Source of the DNA: Octopus vulgaris
Lineage: Eukaryota
Assembly (NCBI GenBank): GCA_951406725.2
Contig: OX597835.1
Coordinates: 14,446,001-14,510,000 of the forward strand
Reading direction: 5' to 3'
DNA length: 64,000 bases
Shown: piece after piece, positions 1 through 13,336 of the stretch
Layout: each line of letters begins with the position of its first letter
Numbering within the stretch: the first letter of the stretch is position 1
Notes under the pieces: model-generated
Told to the model about the DNA's origin: nothing
Databases searched by the model: none
What the model saw: only the letters and a program-made list of their open reading frames with translations
Translations under genes and position numbers: made by a program

Positions 1-265
1 GAGTGGATTTGGCAGACGGAAACTGAAAGAAGCCTGTCGTATATAGATATATATGTATGTGCTTGTGCTTCTCTGTTCGTTTTCACCCAACATCGCTTGT
101 CAAGCAATGCTGGTTTGTTTACGTCCCCGTAACTTAGCGGTTCGGCACAAGATATCGATAGAATAAGAACTAGGCTTACAAAGAATGTGTTGGGGGCGAT
201 TTGCTCGACTAAAAGGTGGTGCTCCAGCATGGCTACAGTCAAATGGCTGAAACAAATGAAAGAAA
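1..265 (+). mobile_element. SINE family A (tRNA-like head, internal microsatellite), 3' part; 5' end cut off by window
   Basis: GAGTGGATTTGG..GACGGAAACTGAAAGAAGCC and the tail CAGCATGGC..CAGTCAAATG.CTGAAAC match fuller copies at 7775, 15788 and 39476. Confidence 0.85.
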
Positions 266-343
266 ATGACAGAAATATATATTTATATATATATTCATAC
301 ACGCACACAAACATACACACACATATATATACATATATATACA

Positions 344-388
<45 letters not shown>

Positions 389-542
389 TACACAAACAAA
401 CAAACACACACATATATATATATATATGTATATATATTCATACACAAACAAACACACATGTATATATGTATATATATATATATATATGGGCCCGTGTGGG
501 CAGCCATCTAAAAGTTTTTGTGCATCTTGATGCTGACATAAG

Positions 543-641
543 TTCCTTGTTTTTCCTGATGAGAAGGCGGCATAATGCACCCCTTATTCCTTCGAAATTA
601 GGAATATGCAGCCTTCGAAACATATGTCGAAAATAAAGGAA
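543..641 (+). ncRNA. Type I hammerhead ribozyme, canonical core
   Basis: Stem I TTCCTTGTTTTTC/GAAAATAAAGGAA; CTGATGA 556-562; stem II GAAGGC-G-GCATA/TATGC-A-GCCTTC; GAAA 617-620; palindromic stem III CATATG; GTC triplet, predicted cleavage after 628. Confidence 0.85.
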
Positions 642-839
642 TTTTGTTAATTCGTCATTCAACTCCATTCTTTCATGTATTTGTATTTAAAAAAACACAC
701 AAATTTCCACACGATAGCACGTGATCTCTGCCCTAGGAATGTAGCTTCAACTGTGTTTTTTCTGACGTGAATTTGCTACCCAGGTATCGGTTAACCGAAT
801 TATCCATAATAAGATAATTCATTCATTCAACTACTCAAT

Positions 840-940
<101 letters not shown>

Positions 941-970
941 TACACAAACAAACATATATGTATATATGTT

Positions 971-1033
<63 letters not shown>

Positions 1034-1399
1034 GCCACCAGGCGTCTGTTGTATCTTCTCCAAAAGTGGAGATAATTTCCATAAATCCATTATGTATATT
1101 GTTCTGGTACATACCACGGGCGATAATGTGTCAGTGTGTTATTTATTTTAGCTCATTTCTTGAAAATTATGCAAATTAGGCAGGCCATAAATATATTCTA
1201 CTCTTTTTGTATTTTTTTTTTTTTTGTATATGTTTAAGCTTCGCGCGTCTTCTGCAAGCGAGAAGAATATTGCGGCAGGTTCACATAAATTGACACTTTA
1301 TCATAGCTTTATGTATTTCGAGTTTCCCAGGTGAAAACAGTATATTTCCTGTATCTCAAAGTTACTGAGTGTGTATGTGTGTGTGTGTGTGTGTGTGAT

Positions 1400-1713
1400 G
1401 GTGTGTGGCGGAGTGGTTATGGTATCTGGTTCCCGATCGTAAGTTCGTGAGTTCAATTCCCGGCTGCGCGTTGTGTCCTTGAGCAAGACACTTTATTTCA
1501 CGTTGCTCCTGTCTACTCAGCTGGCAAATAATGAGTCGTTGCCGTAATGCAATGGTCCACCCTTGTCACATTCTGTGTCCAGCTGAAACTTCCCAAGAAT
1601 TATGTTAAGGTCACGTGGGATCTGTGGAGTGACCAACCACTTGCACGTTAATTTTACGAACAGGCTTTTCCGTTGATCAAACCAACTGGAACCTTCATCA
1701 TCGTAACCGACAG
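1400..1713 (+). mobile_element. tRNA-derived SINE, CORE-like body + tail X
   Basis: A box (TGGCGGAGTGG), B box (GAGTTCAATTCC), GTTGTGTCCTTGAGCAAGACACTTT core-like motif, tail ending CGTAACCGAC shared with 10091 and 13337. Confidence 0.75.
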
Positions 1714-1830
1714 TTATATATATATTTAAACACAATAGGACATCTGACTCACTAGAAAGAGCAGTTAAACTCCAAACCACTAATAGTTGTAATTCTGAAA
1801 TGGAAAGAGAAATAAAAACGTTTACCCTAT

Positions 1831-1925
1831 CCTTTATGGACTATGCATAGTTTCGGCAATCTTTTGTAAATAAAATAAAATTATTTTAATTTACGATTGA
1901 CATTCCCATCTTCAGCAGAAAACCA
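1831..1925 (-). ncRNA. Type I hammerhead ribozyme (CUGAAGA+U variant)
   Basis: Minus strand: TTTTCTG-CTGAAGA-T-GG..long AU hairpin..CC-GAAA-CTATGCATAG-TC-CATAAAG; 10-nt palindromic stem III, GUC triplet, one mismatch in stem I. Confidence 0.7.
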
Positions 1926-2206
1926 AGGCTAGCATATATATAAGTTCAGCAAAATTTTAATTCAGATGAATATGGTACTTAACTCAAAGGCACCAGAATT
2001 TTGTATGGTATTATCCATATAAATCCATGGGGTGATTATAATCAAAATAAGCAACAAGGATATCCGAGTCAGAGGGTAAATTTAATACTATTATATTCTT
2101 AAGAATGAAATCAACCCCCATGTCTGTATATCTACTCTCTTTATAATGTTGGTAAACGAAAGAGATAAGAATGAGCATTGTCCGTTTGATTGGAAAATTT
2201 CTATAA

Positions 2207-2286
2207 GTGGCTGAAGATTGCACGACATTTTAAAACTGATGTAATACAGTGTTTAATCAAATGAGAGCATGAAACGATTGCACCGT
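2207..2286 (+). ncRNA. Degenerate hammerhead ribozyme (U16.1 changed to C)
   Basis: GTGG-CTGAAGA-T-TGC..GCA-T-GAAA-CGATTG-CA-CCGT; same stem III and same downstream CTTGTTGCTT-(TA)n as the 20476 copy. Confidence 0.5.
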
Positions 2287-2314
2287 ATTACCTCGGATAT
2301 ACTTGTTGCTTATT

Positions 2315-2353
<39 letters not shown>

Positions 2354-2357
<4 letters not shown>

Positions 2358-3239
2358 ATAACAAAGGGTAAAATTAATTAATTAAGAAGTAATCATTAAT
2401 TTCACCAAGTACAATTCGGCATGAAAAAAGGACCATTTCATGGTAAACTTAAGTAATACTAAATAATTAGGGCTCAGCAAAGATTTGCATTACCACATGC
2501 CGAAGTTTAGAAATAGCAGCCAAAAAACGTTAGCTATTTCTTCTACTTTAAAAAGGGACTCCCAGAAAAACCAAAATACTTGAAAGCAATCCACACAGGC
2601 AGAGAGAAGTAACGAAAATCAATCAATATCTGGTCACCTATGGACGAGCATTTCGGAATTAGGTTGGAATGAAGAATATAAAATTATACTTTACCAACCG
2701 TTTTCCTCTTCAGCATAGGACCCCATCAATAATTAAATATTGAAATATTAAATTCGAAGGTACTGGAATAATTGAACATATCTCTCCACCTAACGGTATC
2801 CGACAGATAATATTCAGTGCCAGTACCGCCGAATTCAAAACATGAATGAGGTTCAATTACCCTCCCCTGCCTGTCCTCGTGTGTCTACAAGTAAACTACT
2901 ACAGGAAAAAATTTGTAGCTTGTTATCAGGGAGAAAATTCTATTATCAGTAATAAAGGGTAAAATTAATTAATCAAGAAGTAATCAATAATTTAACCAAG
3001 TAGAATTCGGCATGAAAAAAGGACCATTTCATGGTAAACTTAAGTAATACTAAATAATTAGGGTTCAGCAAAGATTTGCTTTACCACATGCCGAAGTTTA
3101 GAAATAGCAGCCAAAAAACGTTAGCTATTTCTTCTACTTTAAAAAGGGACTCCCAGAAAAACAAAATACTTGAAAGCAATCCACACAGGCAGAGAGGTAG
3201 AAGTAACGAAAATCAATCAATATCTGGTCACCTATGGAC
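2354..3239 (-). mobile_element. Retrozyme/Penelope-like non-coding element, about 1.5 tandem units of a 594-bp monomer, flanked by (TA)n
   Basis: 2354-2645 repeated nearly identically at 2948-3239 (period 594); contains the hammerhead at 2632-2723; (TA)n on both sides. Confidence 0.75.
2632..2723 (-). ncRNA. Type I hammerhead ribozyme
   Basis: Minus strand: CCTATG-CTGAAGA-GGAA.GGTTGG..CCAACC.TTCC-GAAA-TGCTCG-TC-CATAGG; perfect 6-bp stem I, weak stem III; cleavage predicted between 2643 and 2642. Confidence 0.75.
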
Positions 3240-3277
<38 letters not shown>

Positions 3278-3278
<1 letters not shown>

Positions 3279-3935
3279 TAGCAGTATCGCCCGGCGTTGC
3301 TCGGGTTTGTAAGGGAAATAACTATATAAGCATTTTTAGAGAGTTATAGCAAAAAAATAGCAAAAAAATGCATTAAAAATGGAATAAAAAATTATGGTAA
3401 TTTTTTTTTTAAATCGTTGACTCATCATAGACATTTTTAGAGAGTTACTTCCCTTATATAATAGCGAAAAAATGGATTAAAATGGAAAAAATGATGGTAA
3501 ATTTTTTTTTAAATCGTAGACTCATGTAGACGCTTTCTTAGCCATTTTTGTTTTGGTGTCTTCAAGCCATGAAGTCGTTGTTCTAAAAGAACGCTGGTCT
3601 CCTTGACAACGCATTACGACGTTGATTTCTTTACACTCCCTTCCCCACAGCTTCACGAGGGAGGGAAGAAGGGGGAGAAGCAAACAGGTGCAGGTGTGAC
3701 CATGGACGCCAACTCCGCCGCCATCGACACACGAAAAATTATGCATTAAAATGGAATAAAAAATGATGTTAAATTATTTTTAAAATCGTAGACTCATCGT
3801 AGACGCGCGCTAATAGCCAGACAGGCTCGAAAGGAATCACGACTATAAGATACCCGAATTTGGTTAAACTGCACCGCAAAATGTGGGAGTAGTTAGGAAT
3901 CTAAATAGAAGGGGACAGACACTCACACAACTACA

Positions 3936-3950
<15 letters not shown>
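3278..3950 (-). mobile_element. Non-autonomous Helitron family B, long variant
   Basis: 3' terminus CCCGAGCAACGCCGGG hairpin + CTAG on minus strand; 5' end merges with (TA)n; homologous to 6172, 21822, 24409 and 38574. Confidence 0.8.
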
Positions 3951-3977
<27 letters not shown>

Positions 3978-4040
3978 TGAGTGTATATATATATATATAT
4001 GCATGAGTGTATATATATATGTATGCATGGGTGTATACAT

Positions 4041-4112
<72 letters not shown>

Positions 4113-4113
<1 letters not shown>

Positions 4114-4410
4114 GGAAGCACATAGCCTTGTGGTTAGAGCAGCAGTCGAGGGATCGCGGGTTCGAATCTCAGACTGGGCGATGTGTGTGTTTATGAGCGA
4201 AACACCTAAGCTCCATGCGGCTCCGGCAGAAGGTAATGGCGAACTTCTGTTGACTCTTTCGCCACAACTTTCTCTCACTCTTTCCTCCTGCATTTTGCAG
4301 CTCACCTGTGACGGACCGACGTTCCGTCTAGGTGGGGAAACTATTCGCCAAGGAAACTGGGAAACCGGCCCTTATGAGCCAGGCGTAGCTCGAGAAGGAA
4401 CAAACAACAA

Positions 4411-4413
<3 letters not shown>
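4113..4413 (+). mobile_element. tRNA-derived SINE, body 1 + tail Y
   Basis: A/B boxes (GGTTCGAATC), GAGCGAAACACCTAAGCTCCA body, tail GGGAAACCGGCCCTTATGAGCC..(CAA)n; second copy at 45918. Confidence 0.8.
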
Positions 4414-4461
<48 letters not shown>

Positions 4462-4465
<4 letters not shown>

Positions 4466-4674
4466 AAGGGGTACTGAAAATTTCCTGGCTTTAAGGGTCT
4501 CGCGAAAGGCTTGGCCTGGCCTGGTTGGAGGTCCAGCCTTCCGAGTTCTTTTACAGGACCGCTGCAATAAGTGTGTGAAACTGAGAGGAGAATATCTTGA
4601 ATAAAATCACAATTAACTGATTCTCCTGTATTTCCATTTACACAAAGTTAGGAACTTTTTGGCATACCTTTGTA
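4462..4674 (+). mobile_element. Mariner-derived MITE
   Basis: Imperfect TIRs (GGGGTACTGAAAATTTCCTGGCTTT / AAAGTTAGGAACTTTTTGGCATACC); retains the mariner C-terminal motif RCNKCVKLRGEYLE*; copies at 48925 and 54828. Confidence 0.7.
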
Positions 4675-5150
4675 TAATAACGTGTGTGCACAGGTGTATA
4701 TACATTGCTGTGACTTAAGCACCTTTATTTCCTCGCCTTTTTGCACACCAGGATTAAGCCTGATATCATTTCACATAGAAATCAAGAGATCTATTAAAAC
4801 TATTAAAACTACTTTCAAAGGTGCAGTAAAGCTTGTTGACCTCTTCCGAGCCTGACCTTCCAGATTGGTGACGCTGTTGAAGCCAATTTTGAAGCAGGTG
4901 TCTAGTTAGATCTACTGACTGTAGCATTAACAGTTGGATTTTATTTGTAACCGAACGAAAGACTGTTTGAATGAAAAGCAGACAGAAGAGTAAATAAATT
5001 ATATTACCATTATGTAGATAATGTAACACCTAAAATGCTACATCCGGTTGGATGGGCATTGGAGCTCAGTTTTGTTAATGGTGCCTATTCTTAAATACAC
5101 AGAACTTCTACGGAAAAGTGGACACATGCACAATATATATATATAATACG

Positions 5151-5194
<44 letters not shown>

Positions 5195-5305
5195 GTATGT
5201 GTGTATATATGTGTGTGTGTGTGTGTGTGCACTCAACAAAAAGGCACACTCACCTTAGCGTACACATACATACACAAGAGCACGAATATATATACGGTTC
5301 AGGTC

Positions 5306-5336
<31 letters not shown>

Positions 5337-5378
5337 TATATATATATGTATATATATACATACATGTCTCTGTCTCTC

Positions 5379-5419
<41 letters not shown>

Positions 5420-5490
5420 TTGTCTCTGTCTCTCTCTTTCTGTGTATATATATATATATACATACCTGTCTCTCTCTTTCTGTGTATGTG

Positions 5491-5537
<47 letters not shown>

Positions 5538-5676
5538 TTATTTCATTTGATACATATATCCTCTCACCTATGCTACTAGCTGGCATATACAGGTGCTTAC
5601 ATTTATCAAGTATTCACCCTGAATTTATTGTACCTACCTATATATATATATATATACCTGTTTCTGTCTCTGTCTT

Positions 5677-5741
<65 letters not shown>

Positions 5742-6171
5742 CACGGGTTACTGTACACATGTATCTGTATGTGTGTGTACGTGTACATAATACTTCTCTA
5801 TAAATATAAGTGTATGTCTCTTCTTATATAACATGTGAAAGGAGTTTATACGAACAAAAGGCAATACAACTGTGGAGTAAAATACGAATAATATAATCCG
5901 TTGTAGATAAAGCATCGTCACTTAAACCTTCACAATTAGTTACAATCTAAATAACCACTAAACGATGAAAATAGCCATTTTCTCCCGATAAATTCCATTT
6001 TGTTGATTTCTTGTCTTTACAGGTTGAAAAATCATTGCCACTTGTGCCCTTTAGGTGTGATGTATACTTCTCGTTTAGATAGAAATTCTAATAACTTATG
6101 ATCTAATTTAATTTTATGAGCATATTTTTGGCTCAATATTTATATCATTATAAGTGTTTAATATATATATA

Positions 6172-6553
6172 TCTTTATATATAAAACTAAAGTTGTGTGT
6201 CTGTCTCCTACGATTTAGATTCATAACTACTCCCACATCTAGCGGTGCAGTTTAACCAAAACCGGGTATCTTATAGTCGTGATTCATATCGAGCCCTGGG
6301 TATTAGCGCGCGTCTACGATGAGTCTACGATTTTTAAAGAAATTTACCATCATTTCTTTCCATTTTAATGCATTCCTTTCGCTATTATATAAGGAAAGTA
6401 ACTCTCTAAAAATGTCTACGATGAGTCAACGATTTAAAAAAAAATTACCATAATTTTTTTTCCATTTTTAATGCATTTTTTGCTATTTTTTGGCTCTAAA
6501 AATGCTTATATAGTTATTTCCCTTACAAACCCGAGCAACGCCGGGCGATACTG

Positions 6554-6556
<3 letters not shown>
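6172..6556 (+). mobile_element. Non-autonomous Helitron family B
   Basis: A|TCTTTATATATAAAA start; 3' hairpin then CTA running into (TA)n. Confidence 0.8.
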
Positions 6557-6603
<47 letters not shown>

Positions 6604-6616
6604 TAAATTGGTATAA

Positions 6617-6948
6617 GGCAGCGAGCTGGCAAATCGTTATCACGCCAAGCGAAATGCTTAGCGGTATTTCGTCTGCCGCTACGTTCTGAGTTAAATTTCC
6701 GCCGAGGTCGACTTTGCCTTTCATCCTTTCGGAGTCGATTAAATAAGTACCAGTTACGCACTAGGGTCGATATAATCGACTTAATCCGTTTGTCTGTCCT
6801 TGTTTGTCCTCTCTGTGTTTGGCGCCTTGTGGGTAGTAAAGAAATAGGTATTTCGCCTGCCGCTACGTTCTGAGTTCAAATTCCGACGAGGCCGACTTTG
6901 CCTTTCATACTTGATGAAATTAAGTACCTGTTATGTACTGGGGTCGAG
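6617..6948 (+). mobile_element. SINE family C (two internal units)
   Basis: GGC.GCGAGCTGGCA head; repeated GAGTTCAAATTCCG..GAGG.CGACTTTGCCTTTCAT central unit. Confidence 0.8.
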
Positions 6949-6949
6949 A

Positions 6950-7235
6950 AAAATGAAAACATTTTGAAAACTTTGCGTAGACCTCTGAGCAGGTATCGCA
7001 AAGCTTTCTGCAAAATTTGATGCAGATTCTCTGCTCAACTTTCTCTGTTAAGGTCAATGCGACGATCACACGCTACGTGCCTTCCATTCAAGCATCGGTG
7101 TAGACAGCGGATGTGAGCTAGAACGTCAAAACTTAGTGCGCATGCACAGCTGAGTTCAAAGTCAATCGGTGCCAAAGCAGCTTCACTCTCGACGCTATAG
7201 GCAATAGTCCGGATACTTATTGATCAGACCACGTA
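6950..7235 (-). mobile_element. Tc1/mariner-type element end
   Basis: Terminus TA-CGTGGTCTGATCAATAAGTATCCGG on minus strand; the same terminus occurs at 51962 on plus. Confidence 0.5.
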
Positions 7236-7559
7236 TAATTATATATATATATATATTTGTACTCCATCTGCCTTCGTCTTTTGTTTATTTTCGTAAACCT
7301 TCCCGACCTTCGAAACGTAGAGTAGATGAAACCATGGCGACTGAAGAAGGGGTTTTTTCCCCTTGTGTTATTTGTCCTGTACTCTTTTTGTTGTTGTTTA
7401 AGAAAAATGTCCAGTTCCTTGTGTTTGTGTCTATGTTTTCGTTTCTCATTGTGTTCGACGTTTTTTTTTTTGGTTTCCTGTACTCATATATGCGTGTATA
7501 TATACATGTAGAGGTAGGTACGTACATATATGTACATATATATGCATATGTTTTATTTA

Positions 7560-7599
<40 letters not shown>

Positions 7600-7774
7600 A
7601 AGAGAGAGAGAGCAATAAGAAAATGGAGGGGATCAATGGGTGATTCATCAACTTTTAGACATTACATTGTGTCAATTTATTTATTTACTAAAATGAAAAT
7701 TACAAGAATATGCATACATGTATAACATGCTTTACATATAAAATTTCCCAACCTCTAACTTTCTTGGAATTAAA

Positions 7775-8170
7775 AGGAGTGGCTGTGTGGTAAGTAGCTT
7801 GCTAACCAACCACATGGTTCCGGGTTCAGTCCCACTGCGTGGCATCTTGGGCAAGTGTCTTCTACTATAGCCTCAGGCCGACTAATGCCTTGTGAGTGGA
7901 TTTGGTAGACGGAAACTGAAAGAAGCCTGTCGTATATATGTATATATATATATATATATGTGTGTATGTTTGTGTGTATGTGTTTGTCCCCCTAGCATTG
8001 CTTGACAACCAATGCTGGTGTGTTTACGTCCCCGTCACTTAGCGGTTCGGCAAAAAGAGACCGATAGAATAAGTACTGGGCTTACAAAGAATAAGTCCCG
8101 GGGTTGATTTGCTCGACAAAAGGCAGTGCTCCCGCATGGCCGCAGTCAAATGACTGAAACAAATAAAAGT
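7775..8170 (+). mobile_element. SINE family A, near full length
   Basis: A box TGGCTGTGTGG, B box GGTTCAGTCCC, CTTGGGCAAGTGTCTT core-like motif, internal (TA)/(TG) tract, conserved tail. Confidence 0.9.
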
Positions 8171-8181
8171 ATATATATATA

Positions 8182-8507
8182 TTATTATGGCTGCCCCTCG
8201 TTATCGAGTATGGTCATTGCACGAAGCTTAACTGTTACTGGTGCTGTGATCGAATGTGACTTTTTGGCCCAGCTAAAGATCTACAATGTCTTGTACAGAA
8301 TTGGCAACTAAAACCTTTACTGGTAATAGCCGGCTGTAGTTGTAACTGGGCTTCATGTACCTTTGCATGTCGTTTAAGTCCTCCTGCCGAATTACACTCT
8401 CTTCCACATGCCCGACAGATATGATTAGTATGGCGTGTTACACCACCACCAGTGGCCAGGTTGTAACTCATCTGTCTCGCTTTATGACTACGAAAATGAC
8501 TGTTGAG
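8182..8507 (-). mobile_element. RTE-clade LINE 3' fragment (ORF C-terminus with two C2H2-like fingers, 3' UTR hairpin, (TAA)n tail)
   Basis: HICRACGRECNSAGGLKRHAKVH..FSCQFCTRHCRSLAGPKSHIRSQH*, then CTCGATAACGAG hairpin and ATAATAAT tail, as expected for RTE 3' ends. Confidence 0.7.
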
Positions 8508-9237
8508 TATATATATATATATATATATACGCACCGGTGTTACTGTGAATCATTATCGATCTGCTGCTGAAGAAAATTGCTTACCATGTCGTTACCACTG
8601 TTTCGGCAAGCCGCTTGATGTTATCATTTGAATAGACTGGGTTCCCAGTTAGTCACTTTCTCATCACACCATTTCTTCTTTGCTCTGCCCCGGCATGGAT
8701 CGCCATTTCAGAATGAATTTTGTCTAGTGGTTGCCTCTACTGTTAAATTTAACGTTTCCCCCCGTTGTTTCTTAACCACTCATTCACGATATTTCTTTTG
8801 AAGCAGACAACGAGGGGGTTAATTTCCTAACACGACCATTCTTACTGGAAGCGGCACAACCTAAAATTGATATCTTCTTTACGTATTTCTTTTAGTCTTT
8901 TTTCATTCCGCATTTATTCATAATCTTAAATCTACGGAGTCTGCTGCTTGTCGTGTTTCCCTTTCCTCTATCGCAAACACTTTTGGTGTTACCTCATCAA
9001 TTCGTATGAGTTTTTGGTTTTCTTTCTGTATCCGTTCATTCTCAGACAGTCAACCTTGCTTCCAGGCAAAAGAATTCTCTTTGTATTTCCTCTGTCTCTT
9101 GTCAAACAGTTTGTTAACAGAACATGATGTCATCTACGAGTCTCAGATGACAGAGTTATTTTTCTTTCTTTTCGTGAGTGTCTGTGTATGTGTGTGTAAC
9201 AACATATGATGGTCTGGTCGGTCACGTGATAACGTGA

Positions 9238-10035
<798 letters not shown>

Positions 10036-10090
10036 TTATATAGAGAGAGTTGGTTTTCTTGTTTTTCGAGTGTGTGTGCGTATGTCTAAA

Positions 10091-10430
10091 GGTGCATGGC
10101 TTAGCGGTTAGAGTATTCAGCTCTGGATCGTCAGTTCATGAGTTCGACTCCCGGCGGTGCGTTGCGTCCTTCAGCAAGTCACTTTATTTCATGCTATTCC
10201 CGCCCACTCAGCAAGCAATCACGAGCAGCACATGATTTTTCAAAGGGGCCAGCCCAGTCACATTCTGTATCTTGCAAGCTTGCTGACTCGCCCTGAGAAC
10301 TACGTTACGGGTACGCCTGCCAGTGCCTGTCTGCGGTGTACTCAGCCACTTGCATGTTAGTTTCACGAGCAGGCTGTTGCGCCGATTTTCATCAAATGGA
10401 ACAATAGTTGTTGTTACCGACAGTGTGCCA
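10091..10430 (+). mobile_element. tRNA-derived SINE, CORE-like body + tail X
   Basis: TGGCTTAGCGG A box, GAGTTCGACTCC B box, TCCTTCAGCAAGTCACTTT core, tail ending TTACCGACAGTGTGCCACA. Confidence 0.75.
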
Positions 10431-10539
10431 CATGTGTATGTGTGTATATCTGTATGTCCATGTATATTTATGTTTCCTCAGAGTACAAATGTATCGAGCT
10501 GTGAATATGCGATCTCGAAGATAAGAGACAAAATAATAC

Positions 10540-10540
10540 A

Positions 10541-10579
<39 letters not shown>

Positions 10580-10623
10580 ACACACACACATACACACGCA
10601 CACACACATACACACACACACAT

Positions 10624-10703
<80 letters not shown>
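10540..10703. repeat. (CA)n microsatellite
   Basis: Direct reading. Confidence 0.95.
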
Positions 10704-10704
<1 letters not shown>

Positions 10705-10902
10705 TAAATAATAGGATTGGGAGAATAAGAGGTACCGGAAAATATAGATATGAGTTAAGTCTACTAAATAATCGATGAGATCGAGCAGACGAAGGTATTT
10801 CATTTCACTACACACACATACATACACACACACATACACATTATATGTGCGTTTGTATACATATATATATACATACATATATATATATACATACATATAT
10901 AT

Positions 10903-10946
<44 letters not shown>

Positions 10947-10974
10947 ATATATATGTATATATATATATATACAT

Positions 10975-11081
10975 GTATGTGAATATATGTGTATTAATAT
11001 ATATGCACATAAATTTTTACATATGTATGTATATACATACATATATATATGTATATCATATATCATATGTATATATATATA

Positions 11082-11118
<37 letters not shown>

Positions 11119-11426
11119 GAGAATATATGTGTATTGATATATATGTACATAAATTTTTACATATGTACGTATATACATAAATATATATGTATGTATATTA
11201 TATATCATATGTATATATATATATATATACATGTGAATATATGTGTATTGATATATATGTACATAACTTTTTACAAATGTATGTGTATACATACATATAT
11301 ATATATATTCTATATATCATATGTATATATATGTATACACGTGAATATGTGTATTAATATATATGTACATAAATTTTTACATATGTATGTATATACATAC
11401 ATTTATATATATGTATATCATATATC

Positions 11427-11477
<51 letters not shown>

Positions 11478-11560
11478 TATGTGTATTAATATATATGTAC
11501 ATAAATTTTTACATATGTATGTATATACATACATTTATATATGTATATTATATATATATT
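10975..11560. repeat. Minisatellite, five units of about 110-140 bp built on a TA/TG background
   Basis: Motif GAATAT..GTGTATT.ATATATATG.ACATAA.TTTTTACA recurs near 10980, 11120, 11235, 11343 and 11475. Confidence 0.8.
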
Positions 11561-12175
11561 ATATATATATATATTATGTATATATATATAATGTATACGT
11601 GTATCTCTCTCTTTCTGTTTGCCTGTCTCTCTCTCTCTCTCTATCTCTATTTATCTATGAAACGTTAGTATATTTACGAAGTGTATATGCTCACATACAC
11701 ATAAATCTGTGCGCCCATGGTTTATGTGTCTATTGTGCGAATATATGTTTGCCAGTATCAAGATTTATAAGCAGTCAAGTGATGTCATATAAAATACATA
11801 AATAAGAATAAACAAACACGTAAACAATAAACAACGATTCTCTTCCATAACACAATTACTTCTCTGCTAAGTTTACATTTCAAAGTAAATATATACAACA
11901 CTAGATTTCTACAGATTTACACTTTTCAAACACCCTTTCACAATTCTTGTAATGTTCTGCCTTTGTTGCTGCCTTTTACGCCATTTTCTTTGGACCTTTT
12001 GTCTCGCTATGTGTGGTTTTTTTTTCTTCTTTTATATTCTGAAGCGATGGCTATATTTTTATTACTAAGTAGTTCTTTTTAAATGCATTTATATTTGCGT
12101 CTGCGCATAACTGCATACACAGAGACTCGTATATTGAAACAGTGATACATGGTTTCATACTATGTCTGTTTTTTA

Positions 12176-12622
<447 letters not shown>

Positions 12623-13336
12623 ACGCTCGTTATTGCTTAGTTCGGTAAAAGTCGCCGACAAACCTACAAATCTTCAAATACGCACAAGTACATGTGAAAC
12701 CTTTTCAAATCAAAAGCGTTTAAATCACACCTGTATACATGTGTCATGCAATCTCGTTTTCACAACAATAAATCAACGGTGTCAGCGTTGTATTGTCACC
12801 TTGGCGAGATTTCATTTCTCCAACCAAGCAAGCGACCACATCTTCTATGTCATTAAACGATCTTATCAAACTTTCTAATAACCCTTACCTGAGCACGATA
12901 TCTTCTATCTTAACCCTTGCCTTTTGAAGAAAATCCATTCCGGTAACCTTTATTCTTTAACACCGGAAGTTTCCTTCTCCAGAACCAACTGACTTTGTTT
13001 GCTGTCAAACTCCGTAACGGAAATTGGTTGCTGCTCATAGCTTGCCGTCAAACTGCGAACGGAAATCTTAGTTCTCAATCTTTCAAGAAACATCCTTTCT
13101 TCAAAGCCTGCTGCTACAATTCCACAATTCCTAGTCTTTGGTTTCATACTCTGCACGATCGTGGGACATTGCACCTCTCAAATACTACGCGCCTCATCTA
13201 ACCATTACGCCTTCCAGTCGGCTGTTACCCATTCAGACCCACGACTCCATCATTATTATCGATAATATACTGAATCACAATTAACTGGAACTTCCATCTA
13301 GTTCCACGCTTGTTGTCGTCTCTAATGTGTTGGTGT

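Noticed and set aside
3522-3746. Conserved 70-74 aa ORF duplicated at 38778-38987
   Set aside because: The similarity is due to two copies of one Helitron; there are no protein motifs.
4113-4175. tRNA genes at SINE heads (also 1400, 10091, 13337, 45918, 48712)
   Set aside because: A/B boxes are present but no complete cloverleaf; most continue into SINE bodies.
7300-7370. CGAAACGTAGAGT and CTGAAGA-AGGGG..CCCCT motifs
   Set aside because: The two halves do not form one consistent hammerhead; probably a deleted relic.
8235-8534. Host C2H2 zinc-finger gene
   Set aside because: No TGEKP linkers, 5' end runs into (TA)n, and it is followed by a LINE-type hairpin and (TAA)n tail; it fits an RTE C-terminus better.
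8588-8670. Minus-strand GTGATGA..GAAACAGTGGTA motif
   Set aside because: C3 is missing and stems I and II are weak; likely chance.
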